A DNA stretch of 32,000 bases from Ruminococcus albus 7 = DSM 20455. Lineage in GTDB: Bacteria; Bacillota; Clostridia; Oscillospirales; Ruminococcaceae. Location of the stretch: assembly GCF_000179635.2 (NCBI RefSeq), contig NC_014833.1:720001-752000 (forward strand), written 5' to 3'. A program made the translations under genes and the position numbers. Below the pieces are notes generated by a model, which did not search any database, was not told where the DNA came from, and saw only the letters and a program-made list of their open reading frames with translations. Shown piece by piece: positions 23,201 through 31,709 of the stretch (position 1 is its first letter; each line of letters opens with the position of its first letter).

Positions 23201-26155
23201 AAGATCGGTAAAAAGATCTGGTACGTCGATAAAGCAGACTGTAAGGTGAAAGCTTATGACAAGGGCACACTTATGTCCGGTCTGAAGAGAGTAAAAATCC
23301 TTAACGGCGACAAAGAGCTTCTTAATGAAGATGAATATAATGGCAAGAAATTTAATGAAAGCAAATACACTGACAGTGACCCCGTATATTCATACAGTAT
23401 AAAAGAAGAGGGCGAGTATAATCTGAAAGCTGTAGCAGAAGACAATGCGGGCAATACCGGCGAAGACTCTAAACATTTCTATGTTGATAACAAAGCACCA
23501 GAGATACTCAATTTCAATATCGGTGATAATAATGAAGAGGCGCCCTTTGTACGTGATGATAATTACGGCTACTTCTTCAAGGATGACGTTACAGCTATAG
23601 TATATGTAAAGGACCCCGGCTTTGCATCGGGCATATCACACGTTGATCTTTGTCTTAATGAGGCAGACGGAAACGAAACTACATGGTCTGTTGATGCTTC
23701 ACTGCTGAATGATGAGGGAGACGGTGTCTATTCTGTTAATTTCCCGATACGCAAGGGATTCAAGGGATATATCACTGCTAAGGCATATGATAAGGTCGGC
23801 CATGATTCAGGCAATCAAACGCCTGACGGCGCTATTATCGAGGACGAGGCTCTCCATTCGGAGCACGCTTCTATCACGATAACACCTCTTGGTACTGAGA
23901 AGAACGGATTCTATAATCATGCACTCACACTGAATGTTTCTGTAAAGGATACATTCTCAGGTATATCCGATATAAGCTGGTCAGTAGGCAAGGATAACAA
24001 GAACGGTCATCTGACAGCTTCAACAGCAGATATGTCACTGTACAGCGACTATGATGTTGAACAGCAGATAGTAAACACTGATGCTAACCTTATCACCGAG
24101 GTATCATTCAAGATACAGGTGGAGAGTGATGTCAGCGACAACCCTGTTGAAGTAATAATGACAGACAATGCAGGCAATACCATACAGAGCTCTGCAGTAT
24201 ACTCCCTTGACCTGACAGCTCCGGAACTGAGTACAGGACTTGGAAATACAGATGCCAGAAACGGTATGTATTATGATAAGGATCAGTCTGTAAACCTTTC
24301 GATAGTTGAGCACAACTTTGATCCTAATGATGCAAAGGTGCTTGTAAACGGTGAGGAGCAGAAGGTATCATGGTCAGGTCAGGAAGGCAACGGCGATGTT
24401 CACACTGCAACTGTAAATCTGACTAAGGACGGCGATTATACTGTAAGTCTTGAATACAGTGACCTTGCAGGCAACCCCGGAACATACACACCTGATCAGC
24501 ACTTTATTATAGACAAGACCAAGCCTGTGATAACCAACAACTTTGCAGATTTCAAGACAGGTACAGCTGATGATATCAGCGGAAGCACAGAGCTTTATCT
24601 GAACAATCAGGACGACAGAAAAGCAGCTTTTGAGGTAAACGTAAAAGATAAGAACTTCAATGAGGAGGATCTTAACATAAGGGTACTGACAAAGCAGCCC
24701 GGAAGCGCTCATGAAGATAAGGATGGGGAAGAATGGTACGAGAGCCGTCCTGATTACAACTGGATCCACGATACTTCAAAGGACAGCCACACACTGAATT
24801 TTGAACTGGATGAGGACAGTGTATACAGGATAGAGATAACACCTGTTGACCGTGCAGGAAATACGGGAGATATCGCAGAAGGTTCTGAGAGCAGTACAGA
24901 TATATTCGAGGTAGATACAACTGTGCCTGTACTGGGTTCACGCAGCGAAGGCGATTATGCTGAGCTGACAGAGGACAAGTACAAAGCACTGGCTGTGTAT
25001 GACATCGACAGATTTGAAGATGAAGCACCATTCGTTGAATTCAACGATCTGAACCTTTACAGACTTGATTATGAGCTTACATCCTTCAATCCCGTATACA
25101 GCGACGGCAGGGAAATAGGTAAGATAGAGCCTGTTGAGAAGAAGTCTGAAGAAGATTACAGCGACTACGCTAAGGACAAGTCACTGAAGATACAGAAAAC
25201 TGAGTCGGCTATGTCACAGGATACTATCAGATACACGCTGCCTGAATTTGAAGATGACGGCGTATATTCAGTAAAGCTGTACGCAGTGGATCTGGCAGGC
25301 AACAAGAGTGAGATAAGCGAGAATACCTATGTACGTATGATGAACACTTCCATGCTTGCTTATATAGAAAACAGCAGCAAGGAGGAGGGCACCGGATGGT
25401 ACTCCTTTGAGGATGATGAATATGGTCCTATCTCTAAACAGCCCACAAGCTTCAAGGATCTTGACATAGTAATGTTCTCTAAGGAAGGTACATCACCTAA
25501 GCTGCTTCTGGTCGATAAGGATACTGATGCTGAAACAGATACCTATGCTACAACTGTCAGTGAGAAGGTCATTGATAATGATATGTACATGGTGAACGCT
25601 GAAAGGTACAAGCTTACGGGTGATTATTTCGCTACCAACTTCACTGAGGATACTGATACAAGACTTTATCTGAGAGCGGAGAATGAGGGCGAATATGTTG
25701 ATCTGGGCGAGATGTATATCGACAATACCAAGCCTGAGTGTGCAGTTCCGGATTACCTGAAAAACTGGGGCTGGCTCAAGGGCTCGGGTGAGCAGACCAT
25801 TACATTCTCTAACATAAGTGAAGTGCTTGATGACGGTGAAACAGTGGTATACGTCAACGGCAAGGAGATAACAGCGAATGGTCTGAGCACTGAGGTAGAT
25901 GGCAAGATCATCAGTGCAGCTTACAGCGTTAAGGATGATGAGCTTACAGTTACTCTGCCAAACGGAAGCTATTCCATTGGTGCAAAGCTGGTAGATAAGG
26001 CGGGCAATACACGCATAATCACTGAAGTTGAACACTTCTCTGTGGGCAACTCCAGGATCTGGATCGGTGCCGGCGGAGCTGCAAGTCTTATCATCGCGGT
26101 AGGCGGAATATCTCTGGTAGCAAGGAGCAAGCGCCGCAGAGCATCGGGAAACTGA
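20291..26155 (+). CDS. Giant (1954 aa) cell-surface protein: signal peptide, about 12 Ig-like repeat modules, C-terminal TM anchor
   Basis: ATG 20291 (GGAGAGGGG upstream). Signal peptide MTIAKRILSMVAALSIIS. A recurring module end x-D-x-(A/V/L)-G-N ... (V/I)D-x-T/K-x-P occurs repeatedly (YDMSGN, LDFEGN..VDTEAPVI, PDKVGN..VDSTAPQL, VDKIAPQI, RDRLGN, EDNAGN..VDNKAPEI, TDNAGN..LDLTAPEL, SDLAGN..IDKTKPVI, VDRAGN..VDTTVPVL, VDLAGN, IDNTKPEC, VDKAGN). C-terminus IGAGGAASLIIAVGGISLVARSKRRRASGN, with no LPXTG. Confidence 0.85.
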   Translation: MTIAKRILSMVAALSIISNNSIPMGLINSSGENSSNRGSVENNNRFESDELTTSDEVTTDEQTRSKSVHQNAPKFYCTPHVSSNWVKKLSGWEMLKTDDGASIYFRLSDESFSPDASDIRTGLAASYSDTSNLQQGNKYVCFYAKWNDTEDESKIAISPVLNYKLDKDPPDEFRIGYGTIGYWPYIMPIIRNGSPIKDQVSDIDKIYYSVGTKYEKDNDIQDPKKTKLLDKHNAEGGGYDICIPCTSDILFKNVYVYAYDMSGNLTTSEVLFVNDIDNPVVEYKGACNIIKKTEDKEEYTEEEPFRHEYGDDRVKDNKHTDYTYVSGVSYLKVKVTDSNRDNCKVTVKWGSKDDEFKKFNISELHVPKDIEPEKDVVYIPFSELGLEDSAKHGIYQFTIEASDGCYPAEPCHTDADVFFWYSKSNDGDVISTFNIPGEHKIRPYDFESKLEDSVTAYLFDKTETGNKLIFTLKDDVGIAEYSAHITKDGKEFMPERRVDLRDGIVTKGEDETTGEVVYYSVPKTEIRSEAIDVDQNGTYAVHIELLDFEGNKQTYDHRFIVDTEAPVIKGNDYTANKELNYTKDGIYANNEFDLTIVPENDLSGIDPSKVLLKIDDITKRTAELEEGNLVFKGIKDDCCGEISIVIPDKVGNKNTYYFKTVDNNKTVMTGEKLSLNVPTGVVLQVDSTAPQLIRKAVGEKVEIVDGEDGSEIPYFGAGEGNYFEFTFKEDKGLRSHNIVFHNDDGSEIDGHGDSEDYTNEEKYPSPVMEAGPVKIPVDMESGRYTIDGSVTNLAGATVNLNNGGTNSKEVFEFYVDKIAPQIESVDFRSSDQDENKKSLMNFTRFGIFGKEKVDLVINAKDNPYGIGVDSATLMWGETLESKDKGYTVKADNNGVIVFKDLAPIRTGVPHLVVRDRLGNENNYYFTANSLNKDPGKIIMEDPENAEEHLSMTLENGAPFVDLIVENKEAVKIGKKIWYVDKADCKVKAYDKGTLMSGLKRVKILNGDKELLNEDEYNGKKFNESKYTDSDPVYSYSIKEEGEYNLKAVAEDNAGNTGEDSKHFYVDNKAPEILNFNIGDNNEEAPFVRDDNYGYFFKDDVTAIVYVKDPGFASGISHVDLCLNEADGNETTWSVDASLLNDEGDGVYSVNFPIRKGFKGYITAKAYDKVGHDSGNQTPDGAIIEDEALHSEHASITITPLGTEKNGFYNHALTLNVSVKDTFSGISDISWSVGKDNKNGHLTASTADMSLYSDYDVEQQIVNTDANLITEVSFKIQVESDVSDNPVEVIMTDNAGNTIQSSAVYSLDLTAPELSTGLGNTDARNGMYYDKDQSVNLSIVEHNFDPNDAKVLVNGEEQKVSWSGQEGNGDVHTATVNLTKDGDYTVSLEYSDLAGNPGTYTPDQHFIIDKTKPVITNNFADFKTGTADDISGSTELYLNNQDDRKAAFEVNVKDKNFNEEDLNIRVLTKQPGSAHEDKDGEEWYESRPDYNWIHDTSKDSHTLNFELDEDSVYRIEITPVDRAGNTGDIAEGSESSTDIFEVDTTVPVLGSRSEGDYAELTEDKYKALAVYDIDRFEDEAPFVEFNDLNLYRLDYELTSFNPVYSDGREIGKIEPVEKKSEEDYSDYAKDKSLKIQKTESAMSQDTIRYTLPEFEDDGVYSVKLYAVDLAGNKSEISENTYVRMMNTSMLAYIENSSKEEGTGWYSFEDDEYGPISKQPTSFKDLDIVMFSKEGTSPKLLLVDKDTDAETDTYATTVSEKVIDNDMYMVNAERYKLTGDYFATNFTEDTDTRLYLRAENEGEYVDLGEMYIDNTKPECAVPDYLKNWGWLKGSGEQTITFSNISEVLDDGETVVYVNGKEITANGLSTEVDGKIISAAYSVKDDELTVTLPNGSYSIGAKLVDKAGNTRIITEVEHFSVGNSRIWIGAGGAASLIIAVGGISLVARSKRRRASGN

Positions 26156-26184
26156 TGCAATAGTATGGCATAATAACAAATAAC

Positions 26185-26222
26185 AAGACCTTCCGAGGCA
26201 TTAGCTGAGGAAGGTCTTTTAT
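26185..26222 (+). terminator. Rho-independent terminator ending the T7SS-like locus
   Basis: AAGACCTTCC (26185-26194) pairs with GGAAGGTCTT (26209-26218), a perfect 10-bp stem, followed by TTTTAT. Confidence 0.7.
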
Positions 26223-26280
26223 GTTATGAAAATGAATGTGAAATAGTTTTACGACAGATGTAAACAAATTTACATCCGTA

Positions 26281-26309
26281 TTGACTTTTGTGATAAAAAG
26301 TGATAATAT
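26281..26309 (+). promoter_or_regulatory. Promoter of the LacI-family regulator gene (TTGACT-17-TAATAT with TG extension)
   Basis: TTGACT 26281-26286, 17-nt spacer ending TGA, TAATAT 26304-26309. Confidence 0.45.
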
Positions 26310-26328
26310 ATATGAAACCGATATCATA
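26309..26328. promoter_or_regulatory. LacI-family/cre-type operator ATATGAAACCGATATCATAT
   Basis: The core TGAAACCGATATCA fits TGNAANCGNTNNCA. It overlaps the transcription start region of the regulator promoter. A near-copy lies at 27458-27479. Confidence 0.4.
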
Positions 26329-26354
26329 TAGTTTTTCATAACAGGAGGTGCGGT

Positions 26355-27347
26355 ATGAATATTTCTGAATTTGCAAAGGAAGCAGGAGTTTCGGTATCTG
26401 CTGTCAGCAGGTATTTCAATGACGGCTATCTTTCGGAGGATAAACGTGCCAGGATCGAAGAAGCACTTGAGAGAACGGGATACGTGCCAAGTTATTCAGC
26501 AAGGACAGTTCGCTCGAAGGTGACAAAGCTGGTGGGCGTTATAATACCTAAGCTTTCAAGTGAGAGTACGGCAAGGGTGACCGAGGGGATCGGTGAGGTG
26601 CTGGGAGAAGAAGGCTTTGAATTGCTGCTGGTAAACACGTCCAATGACAATAAGCGGGAGATAAGTTCTCTGGAGCTGTTCAGGCAGAACCGTGTGGATG
26701 GTGTCATACTCCTTGCAGGTGTTATCACCGATCTTCATCGTTCACTGCTTGCAAAAATGCGTGTGCCTACGATAATAGTCGGTCAGAGGCTGAAGGGATT
26801 CAACTGTGTATGTCATAATGATCTGGGGGCGGCATACAGTATGACAAAGCTGATGATCGACAAGGGCGCGAAACGTCCTGCATTCATAGGTGCGAACCCT
26901 GAAGACATGGCGGCAGGAAAAGACCGCAGGATAGGCTTTGAAAACGCTGTGCGCGATGCGGGGCTGATTCTTGAACCGAAGTTCTGTGAAATAGCCAGGT
27001 TCAGTATGGAATCGGGCTACGAAAAGGCAAAGCATCTGTTTTCGGGAAGGATCAAGCCGGATTGTCTTTTCTGTGCCACGGATAATATTGCTGTGGGTGC
27101 GATGCAGTACTGCCGTGAAAACGGGATACGCATTCCCGATGACCTTATGGTGGGCGCTGTTGGAGATTCGCGTATAGCTAATGTGCTGTATGTACCTCTT
27201 TCGTCGGTACATCTTCATTACAAGACTGCCGGCAGAGAAAGTGCGAATATGCTGTTGAACGAAATGAAGAAGGGCAGCGAGGTGCACCGTATAGTGCAGC
27301 TGGAGTATGATATTATAGAAAGAGAGTCAACCGGACGCATTGGATAA
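26355..27347 (+). CDS. scrR: LacI-family transcriptional regulator (sucrose operon repressor by context)
   Basis: N-terminal HTH MNISEFAKEAGVSVSAVSRYFNDGYLSEDKRARIEEALERTGYVPSYSARTVRSK, followed by a periplasmic-binding-protein-type sugar-binding core. RBS AGGAGGTG. The symbol is assigned by genomic context only. Confidence 0.8.
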   Translation: MNISEFAKEAGVSVSAVSRYFNDGYLSEDKRARIEEALERTGYVPSYSARTVRSKVTKLVGVIIPKLSSESTARVTEGIGEVLGEEGFELLLVNTSNDNKREISSLELFRQNRVDGVILLAGVITDLHRSLLAKMRVPTIIVGQRLKGFNCVCHNDLGAAYSMTKLMIDKGAKRPAFIGANPEDMAAGKDRRIGFENAVRDAGLILEPKFCEIARFSMESGYEKAKHLFSGRIKPDCLFCATDNIAVGAMQYCRENGIRIPDDLMVGAVGDSRIANVLYVPLSSVHLHYKTAGRESANMLLNEMKKGSEVHRIVQLEYDIIERESTGRIG

Positions 27348-27419
27348 ATTGTACAAAGAAGAGTGTGAAACTGTGTGAAATAAACCGAAAAGGAATCCGG
27401 AATTCTTATTATATGCCAA

Positions 27420-27448
27420 TAGACAAGAAATGCAAACTATGATATAAT
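27420..27448 (+). promoter_or_regulatory. Promoter of the sucrose PTS operon (TAGACA-17-TATAAT)
   Basis: TAGACA 27420-27425, 17-nt spacer, TATAAT 27443-27448. Confidence 0.45.
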
Positions 27449-27457
27449 GATGGTACA

Positions 27458-27479
27458 ATATGAAAACGGTATCACATAT
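27458..27479. promoter_or_regulatory. LacI-family/cre-type operator ATATGAAAACGGTATCACATAT
   Basis: ATGAAAACGGTATCA fits both the LacI-family core TGNAANCGNTNNCA and the CcpA cre consensus WTGNAANCGNWNNCW. It sits immediately downstream of the -10 element. Confidence 0.45.
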
Positions 27480-27536
27480 TATTGTGATAAACTTTCAGCA
27501 AAAAAATGGTGATAAATTTATGAAAGGGTGGGTTCT

Positions 27537-29370
27537 ATGGATTATAATAAGATCGCAGCTGAGATACTTGATGCGATAGGCGGAAAAGCGAACCTTGCAA
27601 GTGCAGCACACTGCGCTACACGTTTAAGGCTGGTGATAGCTGACAACAGCAAGGTAGAAAAATCTGTGCTGGAAGGCATTGAAGGTGTGAAGGGTGTTTT
27701 CGAGGCATCGGGACAGCTTCAGATAATCCTGGGAACAGGTACTGTTAATAAGGTGTATGCCGAATTCATACAGCTTGCAGGAATAGAAGCTGCTTCAAAG
27801 GAAGATGTGAAGAAAGCGGCAGCTGCAAAGTCTCCCTGGTATAAGAGGGGTATCAAGACACTTGGTGATGTATTCGTACCTATCATACCTGCGATAGTTG
27901 CAACAGGTCTGCTGTGCGGACTGTTTGGCGGTCTTTCAAGAGCGTTCCCGAGTATGGCGGACAGCCACCTGTATACACTGCTGGATATGTTCTCAAATGC
28001 AACGCTGACATTCCTGCCTATACTTATAGCTGTAAGTGCTGCAAAGGTATTCGGTGCAAACATCTATCTGGGTGCGGTCATAGGTATGATAATGATACAC
28101 CCGAGTCTTGTAAATGCATGGGATTCAGTCAATCTGAAGACACTTTGGTCGTGGGGATTCTGGAAAATCAACAATTCAGGTTACCAGGGTCACGTTATAC
28201 CCGTAGTCATCGCGATACTTCTTCTGTCAGTCATTGAAAAATGGCTGCACAAGCACGTACCCGAGATGTTCGATCTCTTCGTTACACCTCTGGTATCCGT
28301 TCTTGTAACAGGATTCCTTACAATGACCGTTATAGGCCCTGTATTTGCTCAGGTCGAATCTTGGGTACTTACCGGTGCACAGTGGCTCATCGCTCTGCCT
28401 TTCGGTATCGGTTCGTTCATTATGGGTGCTGTGTATGCTCCAACTGTAGTAGCAGGCGTTCACCATATGTACAACGCTATCGAGCTTTCCATGCTGGCTG
28501 ACAGCGCCAAAAACATCTGGGATGCCAATCGCTACCGCTGCAAACGTAGCACAGGGTGCTGCTGCACTGGCGGTAGCAGTCAAGACTCAGAACAAGAAGC
28601 TCAAGTCTATGGCTCTCCCTGCATCTCTTTCCGCATTCATGGGTATTACCGAACCTGCTATCTTCGGTGTCAATGTACGTTTCGGCAAGCCTCTGGTAGC
28701 AGGTATGGCAGGCGGTGCCTGCGGCGCAGCAGTAGCTTCTATCATGAACGTTTATGCAACCGCAAGCGGCGTTACAGGTATATTCGGATTCCTGATCACT
28801 ACGGATAGCTTCCTTGGTTATCTGCTCACATTTGCAGTAGCGGCAGTTGTAGCATTCGTTCTTTCGTGGATACTCTATGCTCCCACAAAGGAAAAAGTTC
28901 CTGAAAAGAATTACAAAGACAACTGTGTATACTCTCCTATGAGCGGCAGAGCTATCGCTCTGGAAGAAGTTCCCGATAAGACATTTGCATCAGGCACACT
29001 CGGACAGGGCGCAGCCATTGATCCTATGGATGGCAAGGTAGTTGCACCTGCAGACGGCAAGGTATCCACACTCTTTGATTCTCATCACGCTGTTGGCCTT
29101 ACATTGGATAACGGAATGGAACTGTTTGTACATATCGGTATGAATACTGTTGAACTCGGTGGTGAAGGCTTTGATGCTTTTGTTAAGGAGGGTGACAGGG
29201 TAAAACGCGGAGATACCCTCATAACCTTTGATATCCAGACTCTGAAGAACAAGGGATACAGCGTCATAAGCCCTGTTATCATAACAAATTCCGAGAAATA
29301 CAAGGATATCCGCAGAACAACTGACGGCGGAATAAACTACTTTGATGAACTGCTTGAAACAACCAAGTGA
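27537..29370 (+). pseudogene. scrA: PTS sucrose/beta-glucoside-family EIIBCA, interrupted by a +1 frameshift near 28519-28521
   Basis: EIIB: ASAAHCATRLRL. EIIC: multi-TM, ...GVHHMYNAIELSMLADSAKNIW. The frame then switches and continues as MPIATAANVAQGAAALAV...ITEPAIFGVN. C-terminal EIIA(Glc)-type: DKTFASGTLGQGAAIDP...HAVGLTLDNGMELFVHIGMNTVEL. Removing one G from GGG (28519-28521) gives a seamless NIWMPIATAAN. Confidence 0.8.
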
Positions 29371-29399
29371 TATATCCACACGGACGGTGATATCATTAT

Positions 29400-30740
29400 A
29401 TGAAAAACAATTTCAGACAGAAGCTTCATCTTGAAGCTGAAAGCGGCTGGATAAACGACCCAAACGGCCTTTGCTACTTCAATGGCGAATACCATGTATA
29501 TTTTCAGTATTCGCCTGACAGCCCGATCGGGGAAGGCAGGAAATGCTGGGGACACTGGAAAAGTCCGGATCTTATAAAATGGAGATATGCCGGCATCGTT
29601 TTATATCCTGATACGCCTGAGGACAAGGACGGAGTATATTCGGGCTGCGGATTTGTGAAAGGGGATACTTTGTATCTTTTCTATACAGGCAACGTCAAGG
29701 AAGAAGGCGACCACGATTATGTAACATCGGGGCGCGGTGCAAATGTGATACTTGTTACCACGAAGAACGGACAGGATATGAGTCCGAAGAAGGTGCTTCT
29801 GCGTAATTGTGACTATCCAGCAGACTGCTCGTGCCATGTGCGTGACCCTAAGGTATGGGAAGAACACGGTAAATACTATATGGTGCTTGGGGCAAGGACT
29901 TTGCAGGACAAGGGCTGTGTACTGAAGTACGGATCAGATGATCTTGAACATTGGGCATAAATCGGAAGATATTCGGCTGAGGATATGGGTTATATGTGGG
30001 AATGTCCCGATGAGTTCACTATCGGGAAGAACAGGTTCCTGGGGTTATCTCCGCAGGGACTGGTACATAGTAAGTATATCCATCAGAATGTATACAGCTC
30101 CGGATATTTCAGTCTGGCGAACGGTAGAACAGAAAATTTCCGCGAATGGGACAAGGGATTTGATATTTATGCCCCACAGACCTTTGAAGCCCCTGACGGC
30201 AGAAGGATATTTATCGGCTGGGAAGGTATTGGTGATATACCTTACAGCAATCCGACTGTAGGATGCGGCTGGCAGCACTGCCTGACTCTTCCGCGGGAAC
30301 TGACAGTAGATGATAATGGAGATATCCTTCAGAATCCTGTAAGGGAACTGGAGACTCTCCGAAGAAAAGAAAAAGAGATAAACAGCGGTGACAGTATACA
30401 GACAATTCTTCCGTTTGAACTCAAAGGGCGTACAGATAAGGAATTCAAAGTCACTCTTGAAGGCATACTAACTCTGGAATACAAGAACGGTGAGGTCATG
30501 CTTAGCTTTATTTCGGAAAATGCAGGCTGCGGAAGATATGTGAGGTATGCACAACTTGAAAGCTGCAGGGATATACGCCTGATAGCTGACACCTCATCGG
30601 CGGAGGTGTATCTTAACGGCGGAAAGATCGTATTTTCAACCAGGATGTATCCGGAGGATACCGATATATCCCTTTTGGTGGAAGGTGTAAGCGGTTCGGT
30701 GTATGAACTTGAGGGGATAGAGGTGATAAACGATGAATGA
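29400..30740 (+). pseudogene. scrB: GH32 sucrose-6-phosphate hydrolase interrupted by an in-frame TAA (29958-29960)
   Basis: GH32 motifs WINDPNG, RDPKV and MWECPD are present. The two ORF-track pieces (29400..29960 and 29985..30740) are in the same frame: ...DLEHWA*IGRYSAEDMGYMWECPD. Confidence 0.8.
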
Positions 30741-31695
30741 TGTGCTTGCTGCCATAGGTGAGGCACTTATAGACTTCATACCGGATAAGAGCGGCTGCGG
30801 TTTCGGTGAGGTATCGGCGTTCTCACCGAAAATAGGCGGTGCGCCTGCAAATGTATGTGCAGCGTTCTCAAAGCTGGGCGGAAGGTCGAGGATGATAACT
30901 CAGCTTGGTGATGATCCTTTCGGGCATAAGATAATAGATGAGCTCAACGCGGCTGATGTTGATACAAGCTGTATCACTCTTACAGACAAGGCAAACACAG
31001 CACTGGCTTTTGTATCACTTGATAAGGACGGCGGCAGGACATTCTCCTTTTACCGCAAACCCTCGGCAGATATGCTGCTTGATGAAGACGGCATAAAGGA
31101 GGATCACTTTGATGATGTTTTCGCACTTCATTTCTGCAGCGTGGATATCGGTGATTTTCCCATGAAGCGTGCTCACATCAAGGCTATAGATACAGTAAGG
31201 CGAAAAGGCGGCGTGATAAGCTTTGACCCGAATCTTCGCTTTGCCCTGTGGGACAGCAGGGAAGCTCTGAGATCGGCTGTAAGTGAGTTCATACCTCTGA
31301 GCGATATAGTAAAGATATCCGATGAGGAACTGGAGTTTGTGACAGGCTATGATGATGCGGATACAGGTATAAAGGCTATCCTTGCAGAAGGCGTGAAGCT
31401 TGTGCTGTATACCTGTGGAAGCAGGGGCGCTTACGCATTCACTGAAAATGCAAAGGTATACGCATCGTCGATCAATGTCAAGGCTGTTGATACAACAGGG
31501 GCGGGCGACGGATTTGCAGGTGCATTTCTTTGGAAATTAAAAGCTATGAGTTCGGGCGATGATCTGCTCGCACAGCTGACGGAGGATAAGCTGAAGGAAT
31601 GTCTGGAATTCGCAAACAGATTCTGTGCGCTGAGCGTTCAGCGTAAAGGTGCTATAGCATCCTATCCAACACTTGAAGAAATACCCGAGATATGA
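30733..31695 (+). CDS. scrK: PfkB-family fructokinase
   Basis: GEALIDF....GGAPANVCAAFSKLGG and the C-terminal DTTGAGDGFAGAF are ribokinase/PfkB signatures. It overlaps the scrB end by 8 nt. Sucrose-operon context. Confidence 0.85.
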   Translation: MNDVLAAIGEALIDFIPDKSGCGFGEVSAFSPKIGGAPANVCAAFSKLGGRSRMITQLGDDPFGHKIIDELNAADVDTSCITLTDKANTALAFVSLDKDGGRTFSFYRKPSADMLLDEDGIKEDHFDDVFALHFCSVDIGDFPMKRAHIKAIDTVRRKGGVISFDPNLRFALWDSREALRSAVSEFIPLSDIVKISDEELEFVTGYDDADTGIKAILAEGVKLVLYTCGSRGAYAFTENAKVYASSINVKAVDTTGAGDGFAGAFLWKLKAMSSGDDLLAQLTEDKLKECLEFANRFCALSVQRKGAIASYPTLEEIPEI

Positions 31696-31709
31696 AAGGA
31701 AGATGAAGC

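Noticed and set aside
26040-26155. Sortase (LPXTG) anchoring of the giant protein
   Set aside because: The C-terminus has the hydrophobic helix and a basic tail. No LPXTG-like pentapeptide precedes it (the sequence is ...HFSVGNSRIWIGAGGAAS...). I therefore describe it only as tail-anchored.
25493-26339. Minus-strand ORFs 25493..26179, 25969..26160 and 26091..26339
   Set aside because: They are antisense to the 3' end of the giant gene or span its terminator and the scrR promoter. None has an RBS.
26742-27287. 181-aa minus-strand ORF
   Set aside because: It is an antisense shadow of the LacI-family regulator gene.
27914-28583. Alternative-frame ORFs within the PTS gene (27914..28237, 28241..28501, 28227..28583 minus) and the Cys/Arg-rich tail of 27528..28808
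   Set aside because: These are out-of-frame translations. The sequence after 28521 in frame 0 (RYRCKRSTGCCCTGGSS...) is nonsense, whereas the +1 frame continues the EIIC/EIIA homology.
29938-30261. 107-aa + strand ORF bridging the scrB break in another frame
   Set aside because: The two GH32 halves are in the same frame, so no frameshift bridge is needed. The translation of this ORF has no GH32 motifs.
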